Positions 59,730 through 64,000 of a stretch of 64,000 nt of DNA are shown piece after piece. The notes under the pieces are model-generated. The model saw nothing but the letters and a program-made list of their open reading frames with translations, had not been told where the DNA came from and did no database searches. The stretch is taken from positions 242,914 through 306,913 of the forward strand of contig CAYWDM010000001.1 of the NCBI GenBank assembly GCA_964457085.1, written 5' to 3'. The first letter of the stretch is position 1. Each line of letters starts with the position of its first letter. This DNA comes from an uncultured Pseudomonadales bacterium (GTDB lineage Bacteria > Patescibacteriota > Microgenomatia > UBA1400 > PJMF01). The translations under genes and the position numbers were made by a program.

Positions 59730-61412
59730 CATAAGTTGACAATTAGGCTTTAGGTAGCGTTCAAAGTTTGGATTTAGGCTGTAGGATACGACTTTTCCTT
59801 CTTCTACAACTAGGTTCGAAAACACCATTTTGGCTATTTTTTCAATTTCGGCAAGATTTTCAGTATTTTTGATTGTGTGACCAATGTTTTTTATATAGTT
59901 CGAAAAAGTTTCATACGACATAACTTGGTGGCTGAGTGCATAGTCAGTGTCAGCAATAACTTTTTGTAGCTCCTCAGTCTCAGACTCAAGTTTTTTGATC
60001 TTGTCATCATTTTTTTCAATCTGTTCGTTGAGTTTGTCCAAAACGACAGGTGTTTTGGCATTTGGCAAACCCTTCTCAACCATCTCATCAAGACTGCATT
60101 TTTTTCTGCGTAAGTTTGCAAGTAATAAACGGTACCTCTCTCTAAGACCATCTGACTTGCGTGTCAAATCTTTACTCATTTCATAGAGGTAATCGTTGTA
60201 AGCCGCCTCAGACACTTCAACGCCCTTGAGCAACTTTTCTCCCATGAAATCAGTCAATTGGTAGCTACGGATGCTCCTAAGAAGTTTGAGTGTTTTACCT
60301 AGGCAATCTTCGTTTTTACATGAAACTCGAAATGTCCTTGTGGTATTGCCTGTTGAGACTTCAGGGGTCATCGTTGAATTGCAACTTCCACAAATTACCA
60401 AGTTTTTGTATGGGAGATTTCTATTACCTGTCTTTTTGATAAAGTTTGGCTGGTTATGTGCCAAGCAGTTACGTAACCTCATGAAGTCTGCTGGCTCAAT
60501 TACAGGTTTATATGGATGACTTTGGGGATAAACGTCTCTCAGCCATACCTTGACCTTACCATAGACATAAAGACCAGCATAAAAAGGGTCAGAAAAAATT
60601 GGAGAGAGTATTCTGCGATCGAGGTTGATTTTTTTACCCTTGTAAGTAAAACCCGCCTGCATCATGTAACGAGCAATGTCGTCTAGTGAGGTGCCATCAA
60701 GAGCCATTTGAAACCCCTTTTGTAGGATGGTGAAGTTATTGCCATCAGGCACAAACTGGTGCTGCTTATTCAGCGTGTACCCCCTGCGAGCTTTTCTGTT
60801 TGGAACAATGCCCTCCGATGCCTTACTCTCACTACCCCTTGTAGAAACGGCTGACAAATTATCAGAGTATTGCTTGGCAAGGATAAATTGAAACCCAAGT
60901 GTCATCACGCCGTTGTTGTCCCTAATGAAAGTGTGGGTGCAGAAAGCTAGATCAAAAATCTCACCTCGGTCAATCATGTCAATGATCTCGCCAGCTTCTT
61001 TCATATTTCTAGCAAGTCTGTCTGGATGCCAAGCAAGAATAGAATTACATTTACCTTGTTTTATCCAACGGAGCATTTTGGCAAAGTCATCACGCTTGCC
61101 AGACTTCCTCGCACTAATCCCATCATCAACGAACTCTGTGAGGATTTTGATTTTATTTTTGTTAGCGTATGAATGGCAGGCAGCTAGTTGCTCCTGTACC
61201 GATTTTTCCTGTCTCTCCACAACCTCACCATCACTGTCTTTCTTTTTGCCTTTGGTAGACTTGCGAGCGTAGATAACCCAAATCCTTTGCTGGTCATCGG
61301 TAACTATACCTTTTGACTGTTTGTACTGTCTGATTAGACCATTAGCGTAGTCCTCAAGAAGTCCCTTGGCATTTTGGGGCATTGATGTGGTGTCATTTAC
61401 TCTTTTTGCCAT
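59667..61412 (-). CDS. Large serine recombinase; C-terminus encoded antisense within tRNA-Pro
   Basis: YARKS, DRLAR, FYAG, CGSC...C....C Zn ribbon, coiled coil. Confidence 0.93.
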   Translation of the reverse strand: MAKRVNDTTSMPQNAKGLLEDYANGLIRQYKQSKGIVTDDQQRIWVIYARKSTKGKKKDSDGEVVERQEKSVQEQLAACHSYANKNKIKILTEFVDDGISARKSGKRDDFAKMLRWIKQGKCNSILAWHPDRLARNMKEAGEIIDMIDRGEIFDLAFCTHTFIRDNNGVMTLGFQFILAKQYSDNLSAVSTRGSESKASEGIVPNRKARRGYTLNKQHQFVPDGNNFTILQKGFQMALDGTSLDDIARYMMQAGFTYKGKKINLDRRILSPIFSDPFYAGLYVYGKVKVWLRDVYPQSHPYKPVIEPADFMRLRNCLAHNQPNFIKKTGNRNLPYKNLVICGSCNSTMTPEVSTGNTTRTFRVSCKNEDCLGKTLKLLRSIRSYQLTDFMGEKLLKGVEVSEAAYNDYLYEMSKDLTRKSDGLRERYRLLLANLRRKKCSLDEMVEKGLPNAKTPVVLDKLNEQIEKNDDKIKKLESETEELQKVIADTDYALSHQVMSYETFSNYIKNIGHTIKNTENLAEIEKIAKMVFSNLVVEEGKVVSYSLNPNFERYLKPNCQLMSGKEDSNLRPYGPKPYALAI

Positions 61413-64000
61413 TTTTGTATCTCTCAACTAATCTTGGTCGGCAATTGGTTTTTATTTCAATTTAGCTGAGCAGATACATCGTGATAAAGTTGCTCCTGCT
61501 CCCTCTGCAACCCAGCATCAAAAATGATGTGGTAGTCAAAGTTTTGGTTCACTTTTTTGAACTCATCGAAACCAATCTCCTTGGCAAATACCTCACTAAA
61601 CAAATCATCTGCCTTACCACCATACAAACTCTTGTTCTTTTCGTATGCCATTTTTTCTTGTGTGGTCTTCACCTCAATGACAATGAAACGCCCAGTGCTA
61701 GTCTCAATCAAGAAATCAGGGAAGTAGCGAGCAATGCGTTTTTTCTCGGGACTGTAGTACTCAAAATAGAAATCATTGTGGCTGCTATCAGTTACACCAC
61801 CAGTAAAGTAAATATCCTTGATGACCTCGCTCTGCTTGAGCTGCTTACTGAGGAAGTGAAATAGCTCTTTTTCGTCACGGCTATCGAAGCTATATGGATT
61901 GATGTGGAAGCCATACCGATTGGTCGTTTCCGCCTCTTTATAAACGATGAGCGACTTCCTGTCCTCACGCACGTTGATCTTGAATGGATAGTTCTTAGTC
62001 AACTCAAGCATTTCTTCAACAACCTCAGTTTTTTCCGTGTATTCATATACTTGCTGCAAAATGCTCTGGATAATAAAAAACAATAGTCCTGGCGAGTTGT
62101 TGACCTGTTGGGTGAGTTTAGCCAACGAAGCACTGCTATTTAGCAGAATCTGTTTTACTGCTATTGCCGAAAGATGCGTCTCACGACTAATACGGTCAAT
62201 GATTTCATATACGGTGAGGGTGTTTTTTACCTTCACAATTTGGATAGTTCCGTCTGCTTCATACCTAGCTTGCTCACCATCCATTGATATGCCAGAGGTG
62301 CGAATAAACGGTTCATAAATATCAGCTTTGTAGTCTTTCCACTTGAGCACAATCTGACTTGGTGATTTGACATTAGCCTGTTCAATCGTTCTGAGCTGCT
62401 TCTTCACCTTCACAGAGCATTTTTTTTCTACAGTCAGCTCACAAGGGGCAGACTGCTGCTCTTGGTTTTGTAAATCGGTAAGTGAAGTAGCAAAGTTGCT
62501 CCTAAGCTCCTTATCCAAAATCTTGGCGTTCTCAGGTGAAACAAACACAGATGCCCTAACAGAGTTGTCACCTATGGCTCTCAAGCATCGGGTTGCTGAT
62601 TGCAAAACGAAAATAGCACTCTTTGGCTTTCTAAATAAGGCACATGAAACAAGTGAACGACAATTCCAACCCTCAGTACCTTTACCAACCAGCAACACAA
62701 TCTGTTTCTTACTACCAGCAGTATCAAGCCTAAAAAACTCGTCACGTTGATCTTCAGCTTCAGTGTGGTACTCGAGTATCTTGTCAGTACTAATACCTTT
62801 TTGTGATAACACTTTACTGACTTGTGGCAGTAACTCCTGTCTCAAAACATCAATGCTGGGTGCGTAAAATGCTATCTTTGGCAGTTTGTCTTCCAAACGG
62901 TTCTCTCCATATTCTGACCAAAACTTATCGAGTACGTCTACAACAAACTCCTCAGACTGGACATTACCATATTCAAAAAAACGCACTTGCTTCAAGATAC
63001 CCATCTCAATACCTTGCTTGAGTCCAAAATGGTAAACCACATCAGGCAACATTTTAGAGTTTACATATGGGGTACCAGTCAGGTTGACCACACCAACCAA
63101 AGGCGTCTTACCTTCTTTGTGAATGTAATCAATCGTTTGACGTGTCTTTTTCAATGCCCCCTCAAGTGTTGTACCAAATGAGTGGTGTGCTTCATCGACG
63201 AACACAGCCAGATCTTTCATCTCACGAATGAGTAATAGTCGCTGGTTTTCTTTAGCCCGATATTTTATAAAAGTTTCATCTTTGAGCCAGTTGAGCTGTC
63301 TGTTTTCAACGTGCTGACTCTTGAGGATGATCTTCTGGGAGTTGCTCACCACAATGTTGTAGTTACCAATCGGGTTTAGAGCAGTATCAGGACTCTCCAA
63401 GTAGTGATATTTGATATTCAGAGTGATGGGCAGATACTCCTTAGGCAACACAAGCGTGTAGTCAAAGTTTTTGATTTCCTTGAGGCTTTCAATAATGGTT
63501 GTGTCAGGTGCGAATACCAAGATATTTTTGGCAAATCTCGAGTCATCTTGGTGGTAGTACGACAATACAAAGTCATACAGAATCATCGCTCCCATCAAAA
63601 TTGTTTTACCTGACCCCATTGTTAGTGCATAGATCTGGTTGGCATAATCCAATTCACCAAATTGTTCATACAGTTTTTGGTTGATGATCTTGTCCTTATC
63701 AGTGTTGAGTAAGAGATCAATCATCTCGTTTTGCGACAAACCCAAACTTAGCAGCAGGTCTTTTTCGGTAGTGAATACTGAACGTATAGCCTGATGGGTT
63801 GGTTTATTACCCAAAACCTCTTTTAGGTAGATATACGTCTCCAACGCTTCAATCTGTGGTTGATGTAAGTATGCAACTGATTTGATATGCCTCAGTATAT
63901 TTTTGGTTTCAGGCAGTACACCCTCATAGCCAGCATGTCGCCACTGGGCAATTACCGTTACCAACGCATTTAGCAACGGATGCTTCATACTCCTGCCTCC
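59722..64000. mobile_element. Second tRNA-integrated element (left part only)
   Basis: Recombinase abutting tRNA-Pro plus restriction cargo; right att not in window. Confidence 0.7.
61457..63988 (-). CDS. Type III restriction Res-like subunit (SF2 helicase + PD-(D/E)XK nuclease)
   Basis: TMGSGKT, VDEAHH, LTGTP, EGW, Q...R.LR, YFPDF...IEVK. Confidence 0.85.
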   Translation of the reverse strand: MKHPLLNALVTVIAQWRHAGYEGVLPETKNILRHIKSVAYLHQPQIEALETYIYLKEVLGNKPTHQAIRSVFTTEKDLLLSLGLSQNEMIDLLLNTDKDKIINQKLYEQFGELDYANQIYALTMGSGKTILMGAMILYDFVLSYYHQDDSRFAKNILVFAPDTTIIESLKEIKNFDYTLVLPKEYLPITLNIKYHYLESPDTALNPIGNYNIVVSNSQKIILKSQHVENRQLNWLKDETFIKYRAKENQRLLLIREMKDLAVFVDEAHHSFGTTLEGALKKTRQTIDYIHKEGKTPLVGVVNLTGTPYVNSKMLPDVVYHFGLKQGIEMGILKQVRFFEYGNVQSEEFVVDVLDKFWSEYGENRLEDKLPKIAFYAPSIDVLRQELLPQVSKVLSQKGISTDKILEYHTEAEDQRDEFFRLDTAGSKKQIVLLVGKGTEGWNCRSLVSCALFRKPKSAIFVLQSATRCLRAIGDNSVRASVFVSPENAKILDKELRSNFATSLTDLQNQEQQSAPCELTVEKKCSVKVKKQLRTIEQANVKSPSQIVLKWKDYKADIYEPFIRTSGISMDGEQARYEADGTIQIVKVKNTLTVYEIIDRISRETHLSAIAVKQILLNSSASLAKLTQQVNNSPGLLFFIIQSILQQVYEYTEKTEVVEEMLELTKNYPFKINVREDRKSLIVYKEAETTNRYGFHINPYSFDSRDEKELFHFLSKQLKQSEVIKDIYFTGGVTDSSHNDFYFEYYSPEKKRIARYFPDFLIETSTGRFIVIEVKTTQEKMAYEKNKSLYGGKADDLFSEVFAKEIGFDEFKKVNQNFDYHIIFDAGLQREQEQLYHDVSAQLN

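Overview
Chromosomal window of a small-genome bacterium, most consistent with Patescibacteria/CPR (Microgenomates-like; inferred from gene content, many orphan surface proteins and leaderless-type promoters). Left to right: a redox module (C-terminus of a group 3b-like NiFe hydrogenase, maturation protease, ferredoxin, 2-oxoacid:ferredoxin oxidoreductase, FNR-like protein); nine tRNAs; two dockerin-bearing secreted enzymes; a TrpR-like autoregulated amino-acid operon; housekeeping genes (prs, proS, rpsU, rnpB, comM-like, murE, murC); and a GT4-GH57-GH15 glucan cluster. The most unusual content is tRNA-targeted mobile DNA. (1) A complete ~6.5 kb element at tRNA-Arg(TCG) pairs a large serine recombinase with a rolling-circle HUH Rep and HEPN/nuclease cargo. 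Its att core lies inside the recombinase gene, so integration would swap the recombinase C-terminus. (2) A second serine-recombinase element at tRNA-Pro(TGG) has the same read-through geometry and carries a type III restriction-like gene; it runs off the window. (3) Two non-coding 145/146-bp units behind tRNA-Gly and tRNA-Leu share one architecture although their sequences differ. All calls come from reading the sequence; no searches were run.
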